Shown in pieces: positions 8,101-16,146 of a stretch of DNA of 40,893 nt. The translations under genes and the position numbers were made by a program. The stretch spans positions 1 to 40,893 of the forward strand of contig CAZENZ010000001.1 of assembly GCA_964513705.1 (NCBI GenBank). The letters are read 5' to 3'. The stretch comes from an uncultured Gammaproteobacteria bacterium (lineage in GTDB: Bacteria; Patescibacteriota; Patescibacteriia; 2-12-FULL-60-25). Every line of letters begins with the position of its first letter. The stretch's first letter is position 1. The notes beneath the pieces were generated by a model. That model saw only the letters and a program-made list of their open reading frames with translations. It was not told where the DNA came from and searched no databases.

Positions 8101-11100
8101 GATCCGTGTGCAACGGGTACGCCGGAAGTTGTCTCTGGTCGTTTGGTCCTCTATACCGGCCTCACTCAAGATCACTTTGTCTTTACGCCAGCTGGAGGTG
8201 TTTGGGCGCCAAGTAGCACCTATCAGGTTATCTTAACCACCGGGATTACAACGCCACGTACAGATGGAAGTCGTCGCATGTTGGAGAATGCCGAACTCTA
8301 TGGTCGCGGTAATGCCTACATGTATCGCTTCACGACGAAGGACTCGCGTGATTTGTGTACAGCTGGTTCAGTGTCTGTGGTGCCTCACAGCTGGTTGATG
8401 GAAAATATCGGCGACATCAAGGATGATTACACTCTGAGTGCTCGTGCGGCGGGTGACATCTGTGTACAGATAAATGCTGATACCCTCGGTTGGAACTGGA
8501 GCGTCTCGGACGCGGGTCGTGCACGTGTAACGCCAAACAATCGTGTTGATAGTTCAAGTAGTACTGTAGAAGGTTTGGGGGCAACAGCTGAGCCTGTTCA
8601 AATTACAGCTGAGCTCACGACGCCGCCGCCTCCGGCTCCAGTGCGTGGTTCTGGAAATCTCACTGTCCGTTTGACGCCGCCGCGTGTGATCTCGTATGCG
8701 CCAAACTGTAATGAAGCCTGTGTGAATGCAGCGGTCTGGGCGCGCTTCAATGTCGCCATGGATCGCGCGAATTTGTTCCGCACGGTTGGCGGGGTGCGCG
8801 TGCCAAATATTGAGATCAAGCGCTGTACGAATGAGTCGTGTCGAGAAACGGATCTAACGCTTGATTTATCTGAAGCAATCATTGATCTGATTACACCTGC
8901 CGGTTCGTTTGCGACGGATACCATGATGAAGGTGGAGCCTTCGATTGCCGGACGTGATCCAGATACGGGTGAATCTATTCGCATCAGCCAACTTGATCCT
9001 GGCCGATTCTACAAGGCTACGATTATCGGTGGTCTCGAAGGAATGCGTTCTGCCTATGGTCGTTTGCCGCTGACAGGGTTAAACGAATCTGACCCGGTTG
9101 GCTTTACCTGGAAGTTTCGTGTCAAGGCGGGAGCGGCCGCTCACTGTACCCCGGTGCGTGTTGAAGTTGTGCCGAGCGTCAAGTACGAAGTTGCCTTTGG
9201 TTTGCGCCAGTTATTCATCGCGAGTCCAATCAGCGCGCCAGATTCCTGCAGTCGTGATGGTCAGATGTTGATCTCGGAACGTAATACAACTTGGTCGCGC
9301 TCCGATGCACGCGTGGCGGACTTCGTGCGTATTGGCGGCGGTCGTGCGAGTGTTGCCTTGGCTGATCGTTTGCCGAATCATTGTACGAATCAGTGTCTGA
9401 ATGCCGGTTCTGATGGCGTGTATGGTCGTACGGCGATCTGTGGAAACGAAACGGTGGAAACAACGGACGTGAACTACTGCGTGCGTCGTTCTGATCGAAC
9501 CCGTGAATGTTTGGTAGGGAATCCAGATTGTGTCACACGTCAGGATTCAAGTAAGAATTGTTTGATTCTGCCAGAGGGTTCGCAAGATTCGGAGGAGTGT
9601 GATTTGGGTCGCAGTAACGGAACGGGGGCAAGCTGCTCTACATCGTGCTTGTGGAATCCGCGAGCCCGCGTCACGGATCTAGCTCCTGGTACCTGTGGTA
9701 ATGGTTCTCTGCAGATCGGGGAACAGTGTGATCCGGGCCGCAGCTGTGTTGGTGGATCGACACCGGGACGTGATTGTACGCGTGATACCACTGTCTGTGG
9801 AACGGGCGGAACCTGTCAGGTTGTTGAGCGTCGTGGTTGTAGTGATCGTTGTCAGGCGCTGGGAGCGGCTCGTGGTGGGTCTACGTGTGGAAATGGTGAC
9901 GTTTCCGATGGTGAGACCTGTGATTATCGTGCCGAAGGAACGGGGAGTGGCTGTACCGATCAGTGTTTACACCGTGGTTCAGTAGGGGGTGAGCGTCGCT
10001 TGTGTGGAAACGGTCGCATTGAGCTTGGTGAGACCTGTGAAATGCGCACTCCCGGTGATGCTACTTCTGCCTATTGTCACATGGTGGCTGGGGTGATGCG
10101 TTGTTTTGACGGAACGCATTTCTCAGATCTATGTGATGCTAAAACCTGTTTGAAACAGGGAACGCCTAGTTGTCCTCGCTTCAGCGCAACCGCCTGTTGT
10201 GGAAACGGTGGTGTTGAGCCGGGGGAAGATTGTGATGGTGGACCTGGTTGTTCCGCTCGCTGTTTGATGCAAGGGTCGAGTCCGGCTTACCCAGAACCAT
10301 CGCTGTGTGGTGATCGTGTTGTAGGTACGGGTGAACAGTGTGATGCGCCGCCGGTCGTGGGTGGAGGGGATAGCGGTCCACGGTTTGAGATCACAAACCG
10401 TCAGTTGTTCGAGATTGTTGGTTTGCGTGAGCCAACGGAAACGGAGTTGAGAGACAACGCAGGACGCATGTCTTCGAACATTGGCGCGCGCTACATGAAC
10501 CGTGATGGTTCTGCGATCTACGGTGTGCAGTGTAACTTCACGCAAGAAGCAGACTGCAGAACGGTTGGTACGGGGATCACGGCGGTTGCGCGAGGTCTTA
10601 CCTCTGGTGGATGTTGTGCGGTACGTCCAACGGCAACCGTCTATCCAGCGGCCGGAGCAAGAGATGTCTGTCGAAACGTGTTGATTTCTTCGACGTTTAA
10701 TCAGTTGATGAACGAGGGGACGATTCGAGGCAACTTCCTGGTTTCTACACAGTCGCTTTCGAGTGAATGTCCAACGGGAACGAGTCGTTTGGATCGAGCG
10801 GTTCCAACGGCCTTCAATTGGCGTGCTCCGTTCCGTTCATTTGTGGCAAAGATCAAGTCGTGGTTCGCCCCGGTATTTGCCCAAGAAAGCGTGCTTCCAT
10901 GGTGTTCTGGGGTTGTGCGTGGATCGGTCACCTTCGAACAGGATGAAACGTCTGAAACGCCAAAGACGCGTGCTGTGTTCTTGTTGGACGAGGCCTTAAA
11001 TGCCTCAACAACGTATCGAGTCACGTTATTAGGGGATCCTTCCATTCGAACGGCAAGCACGTCCTCGACGCGTCGTGGAATTCGTGGCGCGAATGGGATC

Positions 11101-14100
11101 TATGCGGATGGAAATATTACGTGGGATTTCAGCACGGGTGATCGCATCTGTACGATCGACGAAGTGCGTATCGTTGATACCTATCCATCTCATCCAACGC
11201 TCTTCTATAAATCGAATGAGCGCCATCGCTACATTGCGCGAGCCGTGTCACATCATCTCGGTCAAATCGTGCCGTTGTCGCCAATTCCAGGCCTCTACAG
11301 TTGGGGCTGGCGTGATTGGGCATCGTCTCGTCCAAACATCTTGTCGGTGACGCCACCTGTGCCGACGACGCCACAGATCTCTCATACAACCACTACCGCA
11401 CAGAACCAGCGCGGGACTTCGTTGATTGCGACTGGTGTCACAATTACGGCCGATCGTGTGAGCTCGTCGACAACGGCGGGTCAATCCAGAAGTTCGGCAC
11501 TGCTCTCAACGGTCTTGTTGTGTGACAATCCATGGATTCCGCCGGGTGTTTTGCCTGGTCAAGCGCCGCGCTTTGAAGATCAGGAGTATCACTTCTCATT
11601 CTACTATTGTTTGGATGCTGGCCAGACGGGGCCGGGTGATGACTTGCCGCAAATTGTAGTAAATCGCTTGGAGGATAATGCGTCTGATGTTGCGCGTGGG
11701 ATCAAGCGACAATATATCTTCTCGTTTGCTAATCCAGCCTTCCGCTCGGATGCGATTGGTGTACGTATCATGGCGAACCCATTACATCTTTCGCCGAAGG
11801 ACTGGTACGTCGCGCAAGGATTCTCGGGTGCTCCTCAGGCGACGACGGTTGATGGGTATGAAGCAATTCGTGACGGTTCAACGCTGTATGTTGGTGCGGC
11901 TAATATTACTGAGAATGCGGGTGATATCACTACCGATATCTACGTCTTGTCTCACAACCCAAACGCTTCAACTCAGATTCGAACGATCTTTGAACAGGTT
12001 GTCGATGGGTTCACCTTCAATACAAATGTGCTGAATGACGCGGATAATACGTGTCGTACACGAACAGGCGATCTCTTCCGACTGAATACGACTTCGACAG
12101 CGATCACCTGTACCGCCGATTGGGAGTGTGTCCGTCTTGATCGTAACGGGTACTGTGCGAGCTCGAAGGAAAAATTGCAGCGTGACTTGAAGCGTATGGC
12201 TGATCTTCAGTACATGGCTGGTCAGCTTGAGGCAGCGAAGCGTCGAGATGGGAAATACCCAACTATCCAGAACGGAACTTTCTTGCAGACGATTGTGAAC
12301 AGCCGTTGGCCAAGTTGGCAGTCAGTGTTTGCTCAGGCTGTTGGCAAAGCCCTACCGGAAGATCCGTTGAACGTGCACGTTTCGTGTGGTCAATGTCTTG
12401 CTTCTCGTCAGGCCTGTATGGAGGATTCGGATTGTGGAAGTAGCGGTGACCGCTGTGTCGCGGTTCAGGGCTTTGACCCATCTACCTGTTGGAACGCCGT
12501 GAGTAGCACCTATCGTTGTCCGATCTTGGAGCCCACAAATGCTCACAGTGTGTCTCGTTTGTATCAGTATCGCTCGGTTGATGGTGGAAATCGCTATGAA
12601 CTTGGCACAGAATTGGAATATCAAGCTATTGGGAACTACACGCCTTCGATTCTGCCGGAAACGCGTCGCTGTGTTTCGGACGGAGCGAGTAATGGTCGCC
12701 TGTGTATCCAGGATAGCGACTGTAATGTCATGGGGCCGGATCGTCTAAGTGTAATAGGAACGGGTGTATGTACTGCTCAGGGTGGACGTCTTCAATTCGG
12801 CGGAGTGTGTCTTGGAAGAAGTCTGGGGTTAGGCGGAATCTGTGGAGATGGTGTGGTTGGAACGAATGAGCTGTGTGAGCCGAGTCAGACACGACAGGGA
12901 AGCTGTCCGATTGCGGGCGGTGCATCTGTTGGGCGAATAGATGAGGTTTGTCGCGCAGATTGTAGTGGATTCACGGCCGCTCCAGGGGCTACCTGTGTGC
13001 CACGCATTCAATGTGGAAATGGTCGTGTTGAAGACGGTGAATCGTGTGATGATGGAGATTTGAATGGCCGCTACGGTCATTGTGATCGCAGCTGTCGTGG
13101 ATTCTCTGCGATGTGTGGAGATGGTCAGTTGAGTCCAGGGGAAACTTGTGACTTAGGAGATCGTAACGGCGCGTACTGTGATACGAGCGGCTACTATCGC
13201 GGCGCTGCGTGTGCCTTGAATCAGACTTGCGGGGTGGATTGTCGGTCAGTTTCCGGACACTGCGGTGATGGAGTTGTTCAGACAGAATCTATTGGAGATG
13301 GTGGACAAGTTGAACAGTGTGATGGAAATGCTCCGGAGCGTTATACAGGATCGGTGTGTAGTGCTGGTGCCACGGGACAAGCCTGTGATCCTCGAAACCA
13401 AGGAAGTGATTGTGCGTCTGGTCCGATAAGCGGATCTGACCTATGCGGTCGTAATCCACAGGATCGTGCCTGTAGTGGCATTCAGGTTGGATTGTGCGCG
13501 GGAGGAATCGTGGTTGATGGTGTCTCACGTGATCGTCAGGTGTGTACCTGTCCTCCAGGTCAAACAAGTTGTACTTCTTCGTTCTGTGGAGCGGCGTATC
13601 GTTGTATCATGTACGAAACGCAGCGCACGCGTAGCTGTGCAGCTCCGCAGACAACCATCGTGCCTGGCGCAACGCGTCAGTGTCACTGGAATCCTTGGTC
13701 AGCTTGTCTTCCTGCTAACTATTGCGGGGATGGCATCATCGATACCGGTGAAGCCTGTGATGACGGCAATCGTAACGATAATGATGCGTGTACCAACCGT
13801 TGTCTCGCCAACGTGTGTGGGGATGGTGTCATGAATGTTGGTGCGGAGGAGTGCGACTATGGACGAGGGAATGGACAGGGGTGTACAGGTGCGGACTATG
13901 GTTCAACGTGTGCCGCCTGTACGGATCGCTGCCGCATGACAGCTTCCTCTGGTGGGTATTGCGGAAATGCTGAGGTGGACGGGGCAGAGCAGTGTGATGG
14001 AGCAGACTTTAATCGTGCAGCTGGTGTGCAGTCTGCAGCGGGTTTGACCTGTACAGGCCTGGGATTCGATTATGCCGAGCAGGTGCGTTGCGCTCATGAT

Positions 14101-15483
14101 GCTTATATGTTGTCACCTACGGATTTCTCCCCAGAGCATCCGAATGGTGTGGTCTTGTGTACGCAGCGGGAGATGGGTGAAGGGTGCGTTGAGGGGGCGA
14201 TCTTTGAGGCCTGTTCATTGGGTGATGGATGTACCTTCCATCCGGCATCTACAACGCCTCAGCCTGTTCCGTCAGAATTCGCTGCACAGGTCTGTACTGG
14301 ACCGCGAACGGACATCATTTCATGTGCGAGAACCTGTGGGTATAGCGGTTGTCAGACGTGTACCGCGTCCGGTAGTGGGGTGATTAACGGTTCGGTGCGT
14401 GATGCGGTCTATTCAGATCGTGCCGTGGCTGGTGCGACAGTTTCCTTGCTCCGCAACGGTCGTCGTGTCGCTACACAGACCACAAATAGCTCAGGTTCCT
14501 TCAGCTTCTCTGGCTTGAACTCGAATACATCCTGTGGTGGTTACCGTGTTTTTGTGGAATTCACCCGTGATAACCCGGCGACGAGCGAATACAACGAAGG
14601 AGCGAATGGCGGATATTGGACCTATGAATCCGACCTCTTCAGCGTGTCAGCGTTTACGGAAGAGGGGATTCATAATGAAGACGGCATCATCTACTTGATT
14701 CCTCGCGTTGCTAACGGCGAGTCAATGGTGGTACATGCCTGGAATAGAAGCTTAGGTGGTCGATTCTTGTTAGCTCACTTGATCTTACCGGCGAACCGTT
14801 CCTGGAATTGGGGGACGCCGTTCACAAGTGTTTCCTGTCCGAGTGGTCCAACGTATGACACGAGAACAGGGGCTACCTGTCAGCGTGATATTCACGAACA
14901 GGATAACGGAGGAGGATTCCAAGGGGTGACCGATCTGGCGCAGATCCCACACGCGCGTTTGTTCTGTCCTAGAAGTACGGTACCGGGAGCACCAGCCGGA
15001 GCTTGTTTTACGGTGAATAATGGCCCTCAAGCGATTCGCTATCGGTTAAGTCCACTCTCTGATCGCACGGGTACGTTCTCGTTCTACCTCTCTGATCAGC
15101 GCAGTACAGCGTCTCAGAATGCTACGATGCCGTCCTATCGCTTCTATCAAGAGACGCAGAGCCGTGTTTGGGTCGTCACGCACAATAGAATCTATCAGAT
15201 TGATCCACCGGATGGTCCACCGGGTGGGGTGAGCCGGCCGCGCTGTTCTGGAAAATATTGGCTGGTTTATCAGCAGGATGTGGCGACGGGTGAGGTCACG
15301 ATTCGCCGTGATCAAACAGCCTATCAATGTGGTGGTGAGTTGATCCCAGGCGAGCCGCCAAGTGTCCAAGCGAGTCGTTTGCCGGATACGAACTGGGCAA
15401 GTGGAGGAAGTTCCTCGTGGTTGCACTTTGGTGGAATTCCAACAGGGTTCGGCGGGATTGACTGGGATATGCCTCGTTACTAG
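5143..15483 (+). CDS. Giant (3446 aa) exported mosaic surface protein / putative adhesin
   Basis: A single uninterrupted 10.3-kb ORF. Signal peptide: MNFRRLFCLLGLVLAIGGVLAFLPATPVMA|QV. Domains in order:
- T4SS-pilin-like module
- Gly-rich linker
- Big_5-type Ig domains
- three 6-Cys modules
- four IPT/TIG domains
- more Ig-like domains
- two blocks of CG(N/D)Gxx(E/D)xGExCD repeats (Myxococcus cysteine-rich repeat type)
- a CarboxypepD_reg-like domain
- an unassigned ~290-aa C-terminal region. Confidence 0.9.
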   Translation: MNFRRLFCLLGLVLAIGGVLAFLPATPVMAQVDAGFQEVGAAAQLGTADPRIIAARIINIFLGTLGTILLCLVLYAGFLWMTAGGDAERVEKAQKTIRNAIIGLIIIVCSWGFVTFILNKLLDATRGSGGFVATSDNGGGGGELGAAGGSLAFNVRSITPSGPIRIRNAEVRFLLSREVLASSATSSITVVRASDEQPVEGTVTVADSLVTFVPTQACPAPNGNRKCFAENTDYIARVGRGLRSRSGLTVACGRTAPPCEGRFRTGSLVDVSSPNSAITNPLDGQGIPLGDTVRVTVRSRDDGGISITEVLVDGRMIGRDAATATTTPLEYDATVNWDTRGVATGTHRIEARVFDIDSNSVTTTPITVAVRPRSYFNGVQDNGAPEVGCGGPGQPLCVGSACTTGRSCLSGLCEGGVCRARPETETGCGGPGQLACIGAVCTRGDGCLSGRCEGGICRGRGETGVDCGGAGGGACAGAMCTRGVDCASGLCVAGRCIEQPIIGSFNPVNGRPGTYVTISGVNFGTTTGQVTFGGRLATAPASCGSSTAFWSPTQIVVAVPEGATTSTIQVTHATNRMTDATNDERGPRLADFVVNGVARPGLCVIRPGTGTVGDRSRLAVAGVNLGSTAGRLFFNDHDVAISAWRPTGVDLTAPLVPPGAYSVRARIGELESNPVGFHFNDRVITAPPIIDQLRPATGTVGSYVTLLGRNFGSGGRVFFRNPLTNAIGEADTRFPAQCGSTFWADTSVMIKVPRALRGGLGEEQAVRGGAYEIYLQRDGITQSNRVPFTVFDGAPGPGVCSIQPIAGPVGTGVTIYGERFGSVVGAVSFAGTTSSRPLAFLSSESWRDGEIRTRVPTGALTGGVRVTVAGQDSNDAFFSVANCVSTPGICGPSLACCPDGSCAVAGTCRALGVATSTFAWRSSTGRLYQSPRVVEECNNELPPSPSPRSLSTCVNAQAVVRFTTHIEASTINPSNVIIRRCTGRTGDPCATGTPEVVSGRLVLYTGLTQDHFVFTPAGGVWAPSSTYQVILTTGITTPRTDGSRRMLENAELYGRGNAYMYRFTTKDSRDLCTAGSVSVVPHSWLMENIGDIKDDYTLSARAAGDICVQINADTLGWNWSVSDAGRARVTPNNRVDSSSSTVEGLGATAEPVQITAELTTPPPPAPVRGSGNLTVRLTPPRVISYAPNCNEACVNAAVWARFNVAMDRANLFRTVGGVRVPNIEIKRCTNESCRETDLTLDLSEAIIDLITPAGSFATDTMMKVEPSIAGRDPDTGESIRISQLDPGRFYKATIIGGLEGMRSAYGRLPLTGLNESDPVGFTWKFRVKAGAAAHCTPVRVEVVPSVKYEVAFGLRQLFIASPISAPDSCSRDGQMLISERNTTWSRSDARVADFVRIGGGRASVALADRLPNHCTNQCLNAGSDGVYGRTAICGNETVETTDVNYCVRRSDRTRECLVGNPDCVTRQDSSKNCLILPEGSQDSEECDLGRSNGTGASCSTSCLWNPRARVTDLAPGTCGNGSLQIGEQCDPGRSCVGGSTPGRDCTRDTTVCGTGGTCQVVERRGCSDRCQALGAARGGSTCGNGDVSDGETCDYRAEGTGSGCTDQCLHRGSVGGERRLCGNGRIELGETCEMRTPGDATSAYCHMVAGVMRCFDGTHFSDLCDAKTCLKQGTPSCPRFSATACCGNGGVEPGEDCDGGPGCSARCLMQGSSPAYPEPSLCGDRVVGTGEQCDAPPVVGGGDSGPRFEITNRQLFEIVGLREPTETELRDNAGRMSSNIGARYMNRDGSAIYGVQCNFTQEADCRTVGTGITAVARGLTSGGCCAVRPTATVYPAAGARDVCRNVLISSTFNQLMNEGTIRGNFLVSTQSLSSECPTGTSRLDRAVPTAFNWRAPFRSFVAKIKSWFAPVFAQESVLPWCSGVVRGSVTFEQDETSETPKTRAVFLLDEALNASTTYRVTLLGDPSIRTASTSSTRRGIRGANGIYADGNITWDFSTGDRICTIDEVRIVDTYPSHPTLFYKSNERHRYIARAVSHHLGQIVPLSPIPGLYSWGWRDWASSRPNILSVTPPVPTTPQISHTTTTAQNQRGTSLIATGVTITADRVSSSTTAGQSRSSALLSTVLLCDNPWIPPGVLPGQAPRFEDQEYHFSFYYCLDAGQTGPGDDLPQIVVNRLEDNASDVARGIKRQYIFSFANPAFRSDAIGVRIMANPLHLSPKDWYVAQGFSGAPQATTVDGYEAIRDGSTLYVGAANITENAGDITTDIYVLSHNPNASTQIRTIFEQVVDGFTFNTNVLNDADNTCRTRTGDLFRLNTTSTAITCTADWECVRLDRNGYCASSKEKLQRDLKRMADLQYMAGQLEAAKRRDGKYPTIQNGTFLQTIVNSRWPSWQSVFAQAVGKALPEDPLNVHVSCGQCLASRQACMEDSDCGSSGDRCVAVQGFDPSTCWNAVSSTYRCPILEPTNAHSVSRLYQYRSVDGGNRYELGTELEYQAIGNYTPSILPETRRCVSDGASNGRLCIQDSDCNVMGPDRLSVIGTGVCTAQGGRLQFGGVCLGRSLGLGGICGDGVVGTNELCEPSQTRQGSCPIAGGASVGRIDEVCRADCSGFTAAPGATCVPRIQCGNGRVEDGESCDDGDLNGRYGHCDRSCRGFSAMCGDGQLSPGETCDLGDRNGAYCDTSGYYRGAACALNQTCGVDCRSVSGHCGDGVVQTESIGDGGQVEQCDGNAPERYTGSVCSAGATGQACDPRNQGSDCASGPISGSDLCGRNPQDRACSGIQVGLCAGGIVVDGVSRDRQVCTCPPGQTSCTSSFCGAAYRCIMYETQRTRSCAAPQTTIVPGATRQCHWNPWSACLPANYCGDGIIDTGEACDDGNRNDNDACTNRCLANVCGDGVMNVGAEECDYGRGNGQGCTGADYGSTCAACTDRCRMTASSGGYCGNAEVDGAEQCDGADFNRAAGVQSAAGLTCTGLGFDYAEQVRCAHDAYMLSPTDFSPEHPNGVVLCTQREMGEGCVEGAIFEACSLGDGCTFHPASTTPQPVPSEFAAQVCTGPRTDIISCARTCGYSGCQTCTASGSGVINGSVRDAVYSDRAVAGATVSLLRNGRRVATQTTNSSGSFSFSGLNSNTSCGGYRVFVEFTRDNPATSEYNEGANGGYWTYESDLFSVSAFTEEGIHNEDGIIYLIPRVANGESMVVHAWNRSLGGRFLLAHLILPANRSWNWGTPFTSVSCPSGPTYDTRTGATCQRDIHEQDNGGGFQGVTDLAQIPHARLFCPRSTVPGAPAGACFTVNNGPQAIRYRLSPLSDRTGTFSFYLSDQRSTASQNATMPSYRFYQETQSRVWVVTHNRIYQIDPPDGPPGGVSRPRCSGKYWLVYQQDVATGEVTIRRDQTAYQCGGELIPGEPPSVQASRLPDTNWASGGSSSWLHFGGIPTGFGGIDWDMPRY
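5284..5508 (+). other. T4SS-pilin-like two-helix module of the giant protein
   Basis: IAARIINIFLGTLGTILLCLVLYAGFLWMTAGGDAERVEKAQKTIRNAIIGLIIIVCSWGFVTFILNKL is closely parallel, position by position, to residues of the upstream 644-aa protein. Confidence 0.6.
6298..6639 (+). repeat. Three tandem ~38-40-aa six-cysteine modules (protein-level repeat)
   Basis: - Module 1: EVGCGGPGQPLCVGSACTTGRSCLSGLCEGGVCRARP
- Module 2: ETETGCGGPGQLACIGAVCTRGDGCLSGRCEGGICRGRG
- Module 3: ETGVDCGGAGGGACAGAMCTRGVDCASGLCVAGRCIEQP

The Cys spacing is identical in all three: C-x7-C-x4-C-x5-C-x4-C-x4-C. Confidence 0.8.
6640..7788 (+). repeat. Four consecutive IPT/TIG Ig-like domains
   Basis: Each unit begins with the TIG signature P-I-I-x-x-(F/L)-x-P-x-x-G-x-x-G-(T/S)-x-V-T-I-x-G-x-N-F-G. 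The four instances are:
- PIIGSFNPVNGRPGTYVTISGVNFG
- LCVIRPGTGTVGDRSRLAVAGVNLG
- PIIDQLRPATGTVGSYVTLLGRNFG
- VCSIQPIAGPVGTGVTIYGERFG. Confidence 0.75.
9436..10344 (+). repeat. Cysteine-rich repeat block 1 (CGNGxxExGExCD type)
   Basis: ICGNETVETTD, TCGNGSLQIGEQCDPG, TCGNGDVSDGETCDY, LCGNGRIELGETCEM, CCGNGGVEPGEDCDGG and LCGDRVVGTGEQCD. The pattern matches the Myxococcus cysteine-rich repeat (TIGR02232 / DUF4215) as I remember it. Confidence 0.65.
12838..13998 (+). repeat. Cysteine-rich repeat block 2 (CGDGxxxxGExCDDGN type)
   Basis: ICGDGVVGTNELCEP, QCGNGRVEDGESCDDGDLNGRYGHCDRSC, MCGDGQLSPGETCDLGDRNG, HCGDGVVQTE, YCGDGIIDTGEACDDGNRNDNDACTNRCLANVCGDGVMNVGAEECDYGRGNG and YCGNAEVDGAEQCDG. These are the closest matches in the window to the TIGR02232 consensus. 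Confidence 0.7.
14389..14571 (+). other. Carboxypeptidase-regulatory-like (CarboxypepD_reg) beta-sandwich domain in the giant protein
   Basis: GSVRDAVYSDRAVAGATVSLLRNGRRVATQTTNSSGSFSFSGLNSNTSCGGYRVFVEF. The G-x-V-x-D...G-A-x-V-x-L...T-x-x-x-G-x-F-x-F-x-x-L pattern is typical of PF13620. Confidence 0.55.
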
Positions 15484-16131
15484 GTGAGCGTGCATTTACT
15501 CCTCCTTATCATGTCGCTTCTTTCACACGCGTCTGAACGGCCTCTCCTCCGATTTGTCGCGATCGGGGGAGGGGTTTGTGTGATCTTAGTTGCTGGGATT
15601 CTCGTGATGCGCCATCGGGCTTCGTCTGGAATTGATTCTGTGTCAGACGAGTCTGCGACTGTGGCGACAGTTGCTGTGACCGAACAGCCGGTGGTGACGC
15701 TTGGCGCTGCTTCAACCACGTCAAATGATCTTCCGTCGACGGCTGCGGAGGTGCTCGATCGTGATGGTGATGGTCTCTCGGATGATCAGGAGAAGGCGAT
15801 TGGTACGGATCCATCGCTACGCGACACGGATGCCGACGGAGTTTCTGATGAGGATGAGGTTAGGCAGGGGAGTGATCCACTCGCTGCCCCTCCACGCGCT
15901 GAGCCGGTGCCTGAACCGCAGCCGATTGTTCCTGCGGCTCCTGAATCACGTGCGACAACGGTCTTTGATGAAGATGCGGATGGCCTTTCAGATGATCAAG
16001 AGCGCGTCTACGGAACCGACTTAACGGAGCCAGACACGGATGGGGATGGATTCAAGGATGCGGACGAGATCAAAAACGGGTACAATCCTCTTGGACCCGG
16101 GCGATGCGCTCGTCCCGATTGTCGAATCTAA
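15484..16131 (+). CDS. Single-pass membrane protein with thrombospondin type-3 (TSP3) Ca-binding repeats and a Cys-loop C-terminal tail
   Basis: A GTG start sits immediately after the giant gene's TAG (15481-15483); ATG 15511 is an alternative. TM helix: LLRFVAIGGGVCVILVAGILVM. TSP3 repeats: DRDGDGLSDDQE, DTDADGVSDEDE, DEDADGLSDDQE and DTDGDGFKDADE. The protein ends GYNPLGPGRCARPDCRI. Confidence 0.8.
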   Translation: MSVHLLLLIMSLLSHASERPLLRFVAIGGGVCVILVAGILVMRHRASSGIDSVSDESATVATVAVTEQPVVTLGAASTTSNDLPSTAAEVLDRDGDGLSDDQEKAIGTDPSLRDTDADGVSDEDEVRQGSDPLAAPPRAEPVPEPQPIVPAAPESRATTVFDEDADGLSDDQERVYGTDLTEPDTDGDGFKDADEIKNGYNPLGPGRCARPDCRI

Positions 16132-16146
16132 TGCATCACTTCATTT

